Shown here piece after piece: positions 19,992 to 30,086 of a DNA stretch of 64,000 bases (positions are counted from its first letter, which is position 1; the number at the start of each line of letters is the position of its first letter). Source of the stretch: Candidatus Moanibacter sp. (GTDB lineage Bacteria; Verrucomicrobiota; Verrucomicrobiia; Opitutales; UBA2987); contig CBDCEW010000105.1 of assembly GCA_965215885.1 (NCBI GenBank), positions 96,001 to 160,000 of the forward strand, given 5' to 3'. Under the pieces are notes generated by a model. It searched no databases and was not told the DNA's origin. It saw only the letters and a program-made list of their open reading frames with translations. The translations under genes were made by a program, and so were the position numbers.

Positions 19992-21041
19992 ATGACACTA
20001 AATGAGGTGAAGAACGACATTTTTCGAGAAACGGGCTTCCTGGTGGTGCGCAACCTGTTTTCTCGATACGAGACCGAAAAACTGCGCGACCGAGCTGACG
20101 ACATCGGCCGCAATCTTGGAGAATACGTAAAAAACGACCGCGAAGTTTGCGAACGTCGCCGCCAGGCGAACGGAATTGAGATCCTGGATGCGAGTTATAG
20201 CGACCGCGTTGCGGGAGCGGTCGAAAATCAGCAGGAAGTCAAAATCACCGACCGGCACGCGCGCCGGGGTACGCACGTTTATCCTCTGCGCGAGCACGCA
20301 GTCGATCCTGAGGAGATGAAGCGGTTGCAGGATCCTTCCATTCACCCGTTCAACGGAGCGGACGTAGGTGCGGTAATTCGTCTCGCTGACCACGATGAAC
20401 TATACCTATCCTTCCTCACTCATCCCAACCTTGTCGACAGCATCGGCGAGTTACTTGGCCCCAACGTGAAGATGTGGCACGACCATATATTCAGTAAACC
20501 GCCCCTGAATGATTCCGGGGCCTACCACGGCGCCAATCGCTACCACCAGGATGGATTCCTTTATTTCGAACCGCTGCATGAAGAACAGGAGACAGGAGGC
20601 CCGGGACAACTTCACAGCAGCCTGAGGAGTGTGACCTGCTGGATCGCCCTCGATGAGGTGACCGAGGACCATGGCTGCTTGCGCTATATCCCGCTGAGAG
20701 AAAATTACGGTCAGTTCGACTTCGACAAGGTAGCCAACGGCATCACTCCTGATCACCTTTCCCGGGAAGAGCTGACGCCTCTAGAGCCGGGCGATGCCGT
20801 CTTTCACGACCATTGGACGATTCACGGCACCGGCCCCAATGAAGCGCGCACCATGCGCCGAGGATGGTCCTTGCACTTCACGGACGCTGAATCGCGTTAC
20901 GCCGACGTTGCCAACCATCCGAACCGCCTGAAGAAGATACTCAAACAGACCCCGGACGGCACGCACTTCATGAACGGAAACATCCTTGGGAATCTCAAAT
21001 TTCAGCTGGTCTGCGGGCGCGAGTTCCCCGGAGGGATATAG
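19992..21041 (+). CDS. PhyH family dioxygenase
   Basis: FRETGFLVVRNLF, YHQD, TCWIALD...HGCLRYIP, IHGTGPN. Confidence 0.9.
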   Translation: MTLNEVKNDIFRETGFLVVRNLFSRYETEKLRDRADDIGRNLGEYVKNDREVCERRRQANGIEILDASYSDRVAGAVENQQEVKITDRHARRGTHVYPLREHAVDPEEMKRLQDPSIHPFNGADVGAVIRLADHDELYLSFLTHPNLVDSIGELLGPNVKMWHDHIFSKPPLNDSGAYHGANRYHQDGFLYFEPLHEEQETGGPGQLHSSLRSVTCWIALDEVTEDHGCLRYIPLRENYGQFDFDKVANGITPDHLSREELTPLEPGDAVFHDHWTIHGTGPNEARTMRRGWSLHFTDAESRYADVANHPNRLKKILKQTPDGTHFMNGNILGNLKFQLVCGREFPGGI

Positions 21042-21091
21042 GTGATCCGCCTTCGTCGTTCGCCTTGACCCATCCAGCCCGCTTCAACTGA

Positions 21092-22654
21092 ATGACGAAC
21101 ACCCCAACGGACCTCGATCGAGAATCATCGGGCATCGAGGAACCGCCGAGTCAGCTCGTCGGCATTCTCCGTCGCCTGGGGCCGGGCCTCATCATCGCCG
21201 GCTCAATCGTGGGCTCGGGCGAGCTGATCGCGACGACCAAGACGGGGGCCGAGGCCGGCTTCTCGCTGCTCTGGCTTATCCTGCTCGGTTGCGTGATCAA
21301 GGTCTTCGCCCAGGTCGAGCTCGCGCGATATACGATCCTCACTCGCAAGACCACGATGGAGGGCCTGAACGAACTGCCCGGCCCGAGTGTTTCGTTTCCG
21401 ATCGGTGGCGCCGAGAGCGGCCGAACCATCCGGGCGAATTGGTTCCTTTGGTATTGGATCCTCATGACCGCCGCCGGCCTGGGACAGCTCGGCGGCATCG
21501 TGGGCGGAGTGGGACAGGCGCTTTCGATATCCGCGCCGCTGACAGAATCGGGACGCGTCTACAACGAGGCGAGCAGCCGGCTGATCGAGCTGAGAGTGGA
21601 GAGCGCTCGGGAGGGCCTGGAGAGTGAAGAATCTTCCCCCGCCGCCGCCACTTCGCTCGAGCCTCTAGAGGGCGAAGTCGCGGAGCTTGCCTCGAAGAGT
21701 AGGGATGACATCTACTGGGCGCTCGGTTTGACGCTGATCACCATCGTTCTGCTCGTCGTCGGAAAGTACGGCCTCATCCAGAGCTTCTCGACGGCTATGG
21801 TCGCTTGCTTCACGCTCATCACGATCGGCAACCTCTTCGCGCTGGAATCGCATGAGGCCTGGGCGGTAACGCCCTCGGAGCTCCTCCATGGCCTCAGCTT
21901 CCGACTCAATTTCTCGAACGAGGGCGCGCTCGCGACGGCCCTCATGACATTTGGAATTATTGGCGTCGGCGCGGCCGAGCTGCTTGCTTACCCTTACTGG
22001 TGCCTGGAGAAGGGCTACGCGCGCTTCACCGGTCCACGCGACGACTCGCCGGAGTGGGCCAAGCGCGCCCGCGGCTGGATGCGAGTCCTGCGCTGGGATG
22101 CCTGGTGCTCGATGGTCGTCTACACGTTCGCGACGATCGCGTTCTATCTTCTGGGCGCGGCGATTCTCTGGCGCGTGGGGCTCGACCCCAAGGGGATGGA
22201 GATGATCGCGACGCTCGGGACGATGTACGTCCCAGTTTTCGGCGATTACGCGAAGCTCCTGTTTCTCTTCGGCGCGTTCGCCGTGCTTTATTCGACGTTC
22301 TTCGTCGGGACCGCGGGCGCCGCGCGCGTGGCCGCCGACGCCTTTCGCGTCGCCGGATTTTGGGCGCCGACCGAGGTCAATCGACGCCGCGCGGTTCAGG
22401 TCGCGAGCATTCTCTACCCGGTCATCTCTTTCTCAGCCTACGTCTTCTTTCGCTCGCCGGCCAAACTCGTGCTGATCAGTGGCGCCATGCAGGCCATCAT
22501 GCTCCCGATGCTCGGCGGAGCCGCGCTCTACTTCCGCTACAAGCGGATGGACGCGCGGATAGCCCCCGGCATTGGGTGGGACATCTTCCTCTGGATTTCT
22601 GGATTCGGAATGCTCCTCGTGGGAGGATATAATCTCGTGAGACTCTTTTTTTAG
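21092..22654 (+). CDS. Nramp-like (APC fold) membrane transporter
   Basis: LGPGLIIAGSIVGSGELI, many TM helices, YPYWCLEKGY. Confidence 0.85.
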   Translation: MTNTPTDLDRESSGIEEPPSQLVGILRRLGPGLIIAGSIVGSGELIATTKTGAEAGFSLLWLILLGCVIKVFAQVELARYTILTRKTTMEGLNELPGPSVSFPIGGAESGRTIRANWFLWYWILMTAAGLGQLGGIVGGVGQALSISAPLTESGRVYNEASSRLIELRVESAREGLESEESSPAAATSLEPLEGEVAELASKSRDDIYWALGLTLITIVLLVVGKYGLIQSFSTAMVACFTLITIGNLFALESHEAWAVTPSELLHGLSFRLNFSNEGALATALMTFGIIGVGAAELLAYPYWCLEKGYARFTGPRDDSPEWAKRARGWMRVLRWDAWCSMVVYTFATIAFYLLGAAILWRVGLDPKGMEMIATLGTMYVPVFGDYAKLLFLFGAFAVLYSTFFVGTAGAARVAADAFRVAGFWAPTEVNRRRAVQVASILYPVISFSAYVFFRSPAKLVLISGAMQAIMLPMLGGAALYFRYKRMDARIAPGIGWDIFLWISGFGMLLVGGYNLVRLFF

Positions 22655-23048
22655 ACTCGATTCAAGATCGGAAGGAAACGCGTCATGCATTCGATCGTGA
22701 GCCACTTCGCGCCCCTGACCTGGATCGTCCGCGGATCGCACCCCACCGGGACCCGCCTCGACGTCCGTCTGCACCTGCCTCAGACGCTAAAACAAGCCCG
22801 GCCGATCCTGGAGGAGGCGCGGCGCAAAAGCCGGCCCTTCGGCCTCAAACAATCCCTCGGAGGCAGCGAAGTGATTTCTTGAATCTCGGGAGAGTTTCGA
22901 TCAGGCTTTTTCCAGAATCTTCCTACCCAATGCGCTAAGGAGCGTGCTGGTGGACCTGGGAGGACAATTCGACATTGAACGATGATTGAAAGTAAAGAGA
23001 GACAATGGTAGTGACCGGTGGGGAGGGATTCGTGGGCCAGATCATTGA

Positions 23049-24452
23049 ATGAAAGAGAGTCTTTCCAAACTTGGTATCTGCGTCTTCACGGGTGCGGTCC
23101 TCTGGTATATCCCGTTGCCCGACAACCTGCCTTCCCATGGCTGGCAGGTCTTTTCTGTTTTCGTGGCGGTCATTCTGAGCCTCATTCTACGCCCGTTTCC
23201 CATGGGACAGATGGTTCTCCTGGGGTTGGTCGTCCTCGTAGTGACGAGAACACTCAATGAGAAGGAGGCCCTGGCCGGATACGGCAACACGACGGTCTGG
23301 CTCGTCGTCGCTGCTTTTCTTATCGCGGGAGGCATGATCAATACCGGTTTGGGAAGACGAATCGCTTTGAAAATGGTACACGGGCTGGGTAAGTCGTCCC
23401 TCGGATTGGGTTACGCACTCTGTGGAGCGGAGCTGATACTCGGACCCATTGTACCTTCCAACACGGCCCGCGGCGGCGGGGTCGTCGCTCCGGTCATGAA
23501 CTCTCTCGCCGGCACCCTCGATTCACGACCCGACCATCAACCTGAACGCATTGGGCGCTTTCTGGCTCTCGTTGGAGCGCATGCCAATCTCGTGACAGCG
23601 GCAATGTTTCTCACCGGAATGGCGGCGAATCCGCTCGTCGCAAAAGCGGCAAGTGACGTCCTTGAGGTTGAATTCGGTTGGGGAATGTGGGCTCTGGGCG
23701 GCATCGTCCCCGGACTGCTCACCCTGGCGCTTTTGCCAATCGTCATTCACAAACTCGAGACTCCCACCCTAACCGATACCAGGCCGGCACAGGAACATGC
23801 CGCCAGGGAGCTTGAGGCGATGGGCCCCTGGAGTCAGCACGAGAAGATGATGGCATTCGTTTTCGTCGTTCTCCTGCTTCTATGGTCGACGACGAGCCTC
23901 CATGGCCTGCACACCACAATCGTAGCCTGGATCGGCGTAACGCTGCTCGCTCTCAGTGGAACGCAAAAGTGGGATGATTTTGTCAGCAATAAGAACGCAT
24001 GGGATACTTTAATCTGGGTGGGAGGCCTCCTCACCATGGCAAACGCCCTGCGCGATCATGGGTTCGTGAGCTGGTTTGCCGACACGGTGGGAGGCCAACT
24101 GGCCGGTCTCCCGGGGATAGCCCTCGTTCTCGTTCTTGCGCTCGTCTACTTTTATTCGATGTATTTCTTTTCCATGCTCACGGCGCATATTGCGGCGATG
24201 GTGGCGGCTTTTTTCGCGATCGCGCTAGGCGCTGGTGCCCCTCCCCTCCTCACCGTCGCTGTCTTAGCCTACTTTTCCAACCTCTGCGCCTCTATCACGA
24301 ACTACTCAACAGGGCCGGTCGTCATATACTTCGGCCTGGGCTATGTCTCCGCCCCACAATGGTTCAGGATAGGTTTCGTCATTTCCCTCTTCCACATCGC
24401 AATCTGGTTTTCAGCCGGGATGCTCTGGTGGAAAATTCTCGGGTGGTGGTAA
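23049..24452 (+). CDS. DASS family dicarboxylate/anion transporter (CitT/TtdT-like)
   Basis: TGLGRRIA, PSNTARGGG, MFLTGMAANPL, C-terminal WWKILGWW. Confidence 0.93.
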   Translation: MKESLSKLGICVFTGAVLWYIPLPDNLPSHGWQVFSVFVAVILSLILRPFPMGQMVLLGLVVLVVTRTLNEKEALAGYGNTTVWLVVAAFLIAGGMINTGLGRRIALKMVHGLGKSSLGLGYALCGAELILGPIVPSNTARGGGVVAPVMNSLAGTLDSRPDHQPERIGRFLALVGAHANLVTAAMFLTGMAANPLVAKAASDVLEVEFGWGMWALGGIVPGLLTLALLPIVIHKLETPTLTDTRPAQEHAARELEAMGPWSQHEKMMAFVFVVLLLLWSTTSLHGLHTTIVAWIGVTLLALSGTQKWDDFVSNKNAWDTLIWVGGLLTMANALRDHGFVSWFADTVGGQLAGLPGIALVLVLALVYFYSMYFFSMLTAHIAAMVAAFFAIALGAGAPPLLTVAVLAYFSNLCASITNYSTGPVVIYFGLGYVSAPQWFRIGFVISLFHIAIWFSAGMLWWKILGWW

Positions 24453-24578
24453 CCCGCTTTTCTCACGTATCTTTACAAAACTTTACCTTCCGGACATACT
24501 TCAGAAACGCCGGTCTGCTATGTTTGCAGGAACAGGATTCGCAATGAAGCGCAGCCTGAAAACATTAGGAGACAAAAA

Positions 24579-25139
24579 ATGAAGGAACAGGAAAGTAAAA
24601 GGACACCAACTAATAACGACGACTCCACTCTATCGCACCGAAGAAAAGGGCAAGGAGGTTTTATATTCGGGAGCCTGCTAGGGGCTACCCTCGCGAGTGG
24701 AGCGCTGATTCTGGCCTTTACTTCGGCCAAAGGAAGTCCATGGGGACACCGCTCCGGCCATTCAAATTGGAGCCATGGCCACAGAGGGCACTCGAATGAC
24801 ACGATTTTTCGCGAACATGCTGAGGAGAGGCTTGATTGGATCCTCGATTGGATCGAGGTTAGCGATGAGCAGGGAGACCAGATTAAAGACATCGTTGGCG
24901 ATACTATGGTGAATATGCGGCAACTGTCAGTTGAGCACCACACCTATCGAGACGCATTCGTGTCCGCGTTTTCACAGACCGATGTCGATCGCGTAGCCCT
25001 GGAAGAGATTCGGCTCTCTGTGTTACAGTTGGCCGACGAAGCCTCCAGTGGAATGCTCGAAATGCTCGCAGAGGTTGGACAAGTGCTCACGCCGGAGCAA
25101 CGACTCGAGTTGTCAGACCACATAAGGAAGCATCACTGA
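24579..25139 (+). CDS. Spy/CpxP-family periplasmic protein
   Basis: TM/signal anchor, His-rich linker, VSDEQ and VLTPEQR (LTxxQ) motifs; upstream of an RR/HK pair. Confidence 0.8.
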   Translation: MKEQESKRTPTNNDDSTLSHRRKGQGGFIFGSLLGATLASGALILAFTSAKGSPWGHRSGHSNWSHGHRGHSNDTIFREHAEERLDWILDWIEVSDEQGDQIKDIVGDTMVNMRQLSVEHHTYRDAFVSAFSQTDVDRVALEEIRLSVLQLADEASSGMLEMLAEVGQVLTPEQRLELSDHIRKHH

Positions 25140-25502
25140 CCGGATGATTTGTCTTCGGCCGCTCTGCCGTTCAGCAGAGTCTTCGACAAGTGGCCTTCCT
25201 ACACCTGACGGTGATCGATATGACCAATTTACATCGATTTACCGGCAGGGTAGGAAGCTCGCTCGCGAGCGATTCGATGAAATATGGAAGAGTCGGAAAG
25301 CGGGAGCTTTTCGATTTCCGCTACAGTTGATGGGAGATCGTCGCTTTCTGAAGGACTTACTGCACATAGGGAAATCCGGCTTGCCCCGCCAAGCTATTTG
25401 ATCGAAATTGTGAAGCATTCCAGCGAAAGAAAAGCGAGAGCCGGCTGCGCCCTCATAGCACCGTCGGATCAGAGCTCGATCGATCCAAACAGGCCGATTA
25501 AA

Positions 25503-26195
25503 ATGAAGAAGCGCGTCCTCATGATCGAAGATGATGAAGAGCTATCCAGCATGGTAAGAAAGTATCTTGCGGATGCAGATTTCGATGTGACCTCCCGGAC
25601 CTCAGTAAAGAGCGGACTCGAGACACTCGACAGGGATGATCATGATGCGCTTATTCTCGACCTGATGCTTCCAGATGGAGACGGCTTTGACGTCTGCCGA
25701 AAGGTACGGTCAAAGTCGGACATTCCGATCCTTATGCTCACTGCGCGCGGAGAGGAGACGGATCGAATCATCGGACTTGAACTCGGCGCCGACGATTACC
25801 TGCCAAAGCCTTTCAATCCCAGGGAGCTTCTAGCCCGGCTGCGCGCCATTCTTCGCCGCCGCGGAGACACCGGGAGATCTGGCGCGACAGTAATGAGATT
25901 CGGTCGGCTCGAAATCGACTGCGACGCCCGGACTGTGCGAGTCGACGGAAGCGTGCGTGACCTTACAGGCTACCAATTCGACCTCCTCTGTAGGCTGGCG
26001 GAGAACGCCGGGCGGGTCATGTCGCGAGACACCCTGATGAATCATCTCCGGGGTCACGATATGGAGACTTTTGACCGCAGTATCGACGTTCACATCTCGC
26101 GCCTCCGCGCAGCCATCGAGGACGACCCGAAGCACGCGCGCCGAGTCATAACCGTTCGTGGGGTCGGGTACGTCTTTGCGCGAAATCAGGATTGA
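25503..26195 (+). CDS. OmpR-family response regulator (CpxR-like)
   Basis: VLMIEDD, LDLMLP, GADDYLPKPF, DRSIDVHISRLR, TVRGVGY. Confidence 0.95.
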   Translation: MKKRVLMIEDDEELSSMVRKYLADADFDVTSRTSVKSGLETLDRDDHDALILDLMLPDGDGFDVCRKVRSKSDIPILMLTARGEETDRIIGLELGADDYLPKPFNPRELLARLRAILRRRGDTGRSGATVMRFGRLEIDCDARTVRVDGSVRDLTGYQFDLLCRLAENAGRVMSRDTLMNHLRGHDMETFDRSIDVHISRLRAAIEDDPKHARRVITVRGVGYVFARNQD

Positions 26196-26204
26196 GCAAA
26201 AGCC

Positions 26205-27476
26205 ATGCGGCGGCTCTACCTACAGATCTACCTCACGTTCGTCGGCATCCTTCTTATTTTCGGTGTGCTTGCATCGATCGTGCGATTCTCCGGGCTTCAG
26301 GGGCCTCAAACTCGCCGCCTGCTTCAGACTTTCGCTTCGATTTCGGGCGAGTTGCTCCCGGGACCAGACCGACCAAAAGAGGAACTCCAGACTGCACTGA
26401 ACAGATATTCTCAACACCTCTCTGCCGATTTGGCCCTTCACGATGTGGACGGATCGCTCCTCGCCGCAGCAGGTGCTCCACTACCGACTCCCGAGCCCGA
26501 TCGCTCAACCAGCGGGATAATCCGCTCCGGTCATTCCCGTCTCGCCGCAGCCATTCGCCTCCCGGACGGACGCTGGCTCATGGCACGCCACAGAATCCGC
26601 CCGGGGGGGCATGGTCTTGGATGGATAGCAAATTTGGCCCTTATGGCCGCTGCCATCGCCCTCGGCGCCTATCCGGTCGTCCGCCGCATTACCGGACGCC
26701 TCGAGCGCCTGCGGGTTCGAGTGGAGAAACTGGGCGCGGGTGACCTGGCTGCTCGAATCGAAGTTGAAGGCAACGATGAAGTCGCCGATCTGGCGCGTTG
26801 CTTTAACAGGGCGGCGGAGCGCATAGAGCATCTGGTGAACTCGCAACGCAGCATCCTGGCCGAAGCATCCCACGAGTTGCGCTCGCCCCTGACTCGTATT
26901 CGCATGGCTATAGAGCTCATTTCGGAAGAGAGAGATCCTGAACTTCGCGAGCGTGTGTCAAGGGACATCGCCGACCTGGACGAACTCATAGATGAACTGC
27001 TTCTGGCCAGCCGCCTCGAGATAATGGATGAATTCGAGAGCACGGAGCCCATCGACCTGCTCGCTCTCGTCGCTGAGGAAGCTGCCCGGGTCGGCATCGA
27101 AATTGAGGGAGAATACGTCCAGGTCATGGGAACTCAAAGCTTGCTTCGGCGTCTCGTCCGCAACCTTCTTGAAAACGCGCGCCGCTACGGGGAAGACACA
27201 CCCATCGAGTTGTCTGTCCTACCGTTGGGAGAGAGAGGCGCACAGCTCACAGTGTGTGATCGAGGTCCGGGAGTAAGCCCGGACGAACGTGAACGCATTT
27301 TCGAGCCCTTCTATCGGCCATCCGGAACAGGCGAAAAAAATGAGCGCGGTGTCGGTTTAGGACTGGCCCTTGTCCGCCGAATCGCACGCCATCACAATGG
27401 CGATGCGCGCTGCCTCCCCAGAACCGGGGGAGGCACCTGCATTGAAGTGACTCTGCAGACGGAGGATTCCAGATAA
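26205..27476 (+). CDS. HAMP-domain sensor histidine kinase
   Basis: Two TM segments, HAMP, SHELRSPL H-box, NLLENA, DRGPG, GLGLAL. Confidence 0.95.
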   Translation: MRRLYLQIYLTFVGILLIFGVLASIVRFSGLQGPQTRRLLQTFASISGELLPGPDRPKEELQTALNRYSQHLSADLALHDVDGSLLAAAGAPLPTPEPDRSTSGIIRSGHSRLAAAIRLPDGRWLMARHRIRPGGHGLGWIANLALMAAAIALGAYPVVRRITGRLERLRVRVEKLGAGDLAARIEVEGNDEVADLARCFNRAAERIEHLVNSQRSILAEASHELRSPLTRIRMAIELISEERDPELRERVSRDIADLDELIDELLLASRLEIMDEFESTEPIDLLALVAEEAARVGIEIEGEYVQVMGTQSLLRRLVRNLLENARRYGEDTPIELSVLPLGERGAQLTVCDRGPGVSPDERERIFEPFYRPSGTGEKNERGVGLGLALVRRIARHHNGDARCLPRTGGGTCIEVTLQTEDSR

Positions 27477-27786
27477 GATTCCCTTTCAAACTCTTTGTCG
27501 TGAGCTTCGTCGCAACGTTACCTGAGTCCCTGGGCAATGCGCAGCTCTCTTCGACTATAGGCTTTCGACAAAGTTGACGACGAAGCTCGCGACAAAGATT
27601 CCCTCACGGGGAGAGAGGCTCCTCGTCGCAAATTTCGTCGTTTCAACTTCGAATCGAAATACTACGACCTAGATTCACATTGAATTCGACCAAGTTGACG
27701 ACGTGTGTGAGATTTCAGGCCCAAAATAGAACTTGACGAAAACTCTACGACTCCATTACTCCAATTCTTTCTTTCCACCCCTTCCC

Positions 27787-27862
27787 GCCAGCTTAGCTCA
27801 ATTGGTAGAGCAACGCATTTGTAATGCGTAGGTTGTCGGTTCGAGTCCGACAGCTGGCCCCA
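27787..27862 (+). tRNA. tRNA-Thr(TGT)
   Basis: Acceptor GCCAGCT/AGCTGGC, anticodon arm ACGCA-TTTGTAA-TGCGT, GGTTCGAGTCC, CCA end. Confidence 0.96.
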
Positions 27863-27866
27863 TACT

Positions 27867-27932
27867 CTAGCCCCAGATTCAATGGGCATCCATTACGTCG
27901 CTACAGCCAATCTACGTTGAATCTGGGGCTAG
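27867..27932. repeat. MITE-D (66 bp)
   Basis: Perfect 16-bp IR CTAGCCCCAGATTCAA / TTGAATCTGGGGCTAG; shares CTAG with the MITE-A at 27929. Confidence 0.8.
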
Positions 27933-28110
27933 CCCGAACATTTCACAAACCATCTGCTGCGACTGCGGATCTCACGGCGCCTCAAAGCCTTCCCTTACCC
28001 GGCGACCTCAGAGGGTTTCAACACGCTGTCACCCGCCGGACTGCGAAAAGGCCTTGATTCACAGCAAGCTACGCATTCTCGCTACGATGTGTGTGAAATG
28101 TCCGGGCTAG
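27929..28110. repeat. MITE-A (182 bp)
   Basis: Same TIRs; the terminal CTAG supplies the stop codon of 28107-28562. Confidence 0.9.
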
Positions 28111-28562
28111 TAGGCCAGCATGGCTTCGTATTCGAGAAACCCGGTATATGCCGCCCGCACTGATCGAGGATCAATCGGTCTGGTGAGATAGCCGTTCATA
28201 CCGCTGTCGAGGCAGACCTTCCTCTCCCTGCCCCCAATTCTGCTGGTCATACCGACAATAAAGGCCGGTCTCGAAAAACTCTGCCGCTCATGTTGACGAA
28301 CTGCCTCGGAAATATCGACGCCACCATAGTGGGGCAGGACCAAATCGAGGAAAATACAGTCGTAGTCGAAGTTTGCCAAAGAGATCAGAACTTCCTGACC
28401 ATTGCATGCGGTATGAAAATCGATCTGCCAGGAACAAAGCGATTCCATGATGATCTCTTGTATCCGCGGTTCATCGTCGATGATGAGAACCGATCGTTCT
28501 GTCCTACCACAGGTAGGGGACTCATTTCCTTCGCACGGTGCGCATACAATTTCGTTTAACAT
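28107..28562 (-). CDS. Single-domain CheY-like response regulator
   Basis: VLIIDDE, FLDLVLP, IVGMTS, GMNGYLTRP (conserved Lys replaced by Arg). Confidence 0.8.
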   Translation of the reverse strand: MLNEIVCAPCEGNESPTCGRTERSVLIIDDEPRIQEIIMESLCSWQIDFHTACNGQEVLISLANFDYDCIFLDLVLPHYGGVDISEAVRQHERQSFSRPAFIVGMTSRIGGRERKVCLDSGMNGYLTRPIDPRSVRAAYTGFLEYEAMLAY

Positions 28563-28836
28563 AGGGACTTTTCCGTATTGGTGTGGTGAACAGTTTTGAT
28601 AATGAGCTTATTTTATCATTTTCCGCCACTCATGGGTATGGGATGTATATCCCATATAGATTGAATATTTCCCCCATTCGGCCCCTTCTTTGCCATCGAG
28701 TCGAGGTGTCTCATTCTAATATGGGCAACACGCCCTGTAGATCGACTCACCGCTTCTCAGTTTGAGAGAAAAATTCCGCGGAATTCTTTATTGCAAAGGT
28801 GCCGGATCGATATATTCACTAATTCCCTCCATTTTT

Positions 28837-28910
28837 TGCCTGGTGGTGTAATGGTAGCACGACGGGTTCTGGCTCCGTTAGTCCAGGTTCGAGCCCTGGC
28901 CGGGCAGCCA
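28837..28910 (+). tRNA. tRNA-Gln(CTG)
   Basis: Acceptor TGCCTGG/CCGGGCA, anticodon arm ACGGG-TTCTGGC-TCCGT, GGTTCGAGCCC, CCA end. Confidence 0.95.
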
Positions 28911-29349
28911 TTTTGGAAGTCATCACTTTCCGTTACCTTGAGCCCATTTCTCATAAGAAGCGGTCAATTATCTTTATTCAGCAGCAGAGAAAATCGAGAA
29001 ACGCTCTTTGTGTACTCTCGTATGCGTTAGATCGGTAAACGACCTCGGTATTGGTAGGGCTTTTTGAACCTCCAAGCGCTCAGTGCAATACGGGGCCACG
29101 GCCGTCCTCGCCCGCACCTGCGGAATCCGTGGCTGAGGTGTGCGGAAAGGGGGTTTGCGCTGCTGGGAGCCTGTTTGGGAATGACGTGTAACCTGCCACA
29201 GGGCAGGAAGGGTCCAATCGGCTAACCCGAGGGGGAGGACATGAGCATTCGGATTGTGGGGGTGATGGAGGGTTTTTTCGCTTTGAGCGGGGAGATTTCG
29301 TTGGTCCATGTCGCAGAGCAGGCTAAAGGCAAGCGAACGCCTCGTGGCC

Positions 29350-29555
29350 AGGACGCGGGCGAAGCCCTGCTGCAGATCGCCACAGTCCAGAAACCTGTTG
29401 ACCACACACACCTCCCTGATGATTGGCCGCAGGAAGCCGTAGAGGGACTGGTAGCGCCCCTCGTAGTCGGCCAGGAACGAATCGAAGTGCCGGGACAGGC
29501 ACTGCCACAGCGGCGACTCCCTGGGCCGGCGCGGACGATAGACTTGCCCCACCAT
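29350..29555 (-). pseudogene. IS91-family transposase N-terminal fragment
   Basis: YRPRRPRESPLWQC...YGFLRP...RFLDCGDLQQGFARV, after which homology is lost. Confidence 0.75.
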
Positions 29556-29713
29556 GCCGCCCAGTGTAGAAAAGAGGGTGTGCCATCTAACGGCATACCG
29601 ATGAAGAAAGTTCGAGGAAAATGAAGGCGGGTTCCAGGCCGCAGTATTACCGTATCCGGCGCATGGTGCAGATGGTGCGCGAGGGCGCCAAGAGCGGCTA
29701 TCTGCCGAACAGC

Positions 29714-29854
29714 GGCGGCGGCCACCAGATCGATGTAGGATCCGTCGGTCTGTCGGCAGGTGGCAGCCAGGCTGGCGAGGATTTTCCATGTGCGGGCGCC
29801 CCTGGGGGTTTTGTTACCGCAGGAGAGTTTGCGGGCGATGACCGCGGGGCGCAG
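29714..29854 (-). pseudogene. IS66-family transposase C-terminal fragment
   Basis: A frame missing from the ORF track reads LRPAVIARKLSCGNKTPRGARTWKILASLAATCRQ. Confidence 0.7.
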
Positions 29855-29905
29855 TATTCATGCGTTGCCGTGAGCGCTCCTACACTGAGAAGCAACCGCT
29901 TGGGT

Positions 29906-30086
29906 CTAGCCCGAACATTTCACAAACCATCTGCTGCGACCACGGATGTCACTGCGCCTCAAAGCCTTCTCTTCTCCGGCGACCTCAGAGGGTTCCAACA
30001 CACTGTCGACCGCCAGACTGCGAAAAGATCTTGATCCGCAGCAACCTACGCGGTCTCGCTACGATGTGTGTGAAATGTCCGGGCTA
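29906..30086. repeat. MITE-A, with the ISNCY-like IS inserted in its right TIR
   Basis: Same TIRs; terminal GGGCTA duplicated at 32009-32014. Confidence 0.9.

Noticed and set aside
22685..22882. 65-aa ORF after the Nramp-like gene
   Set aside because: No motif recognised; it may be a gene fragment and cannot be supported.
25284..25502. 73-aa N-terminal extension of the response regulator
   Set aside because: The receiver domain starts at MKKRVLMIEDD (25503); the extension has no recognisable features.
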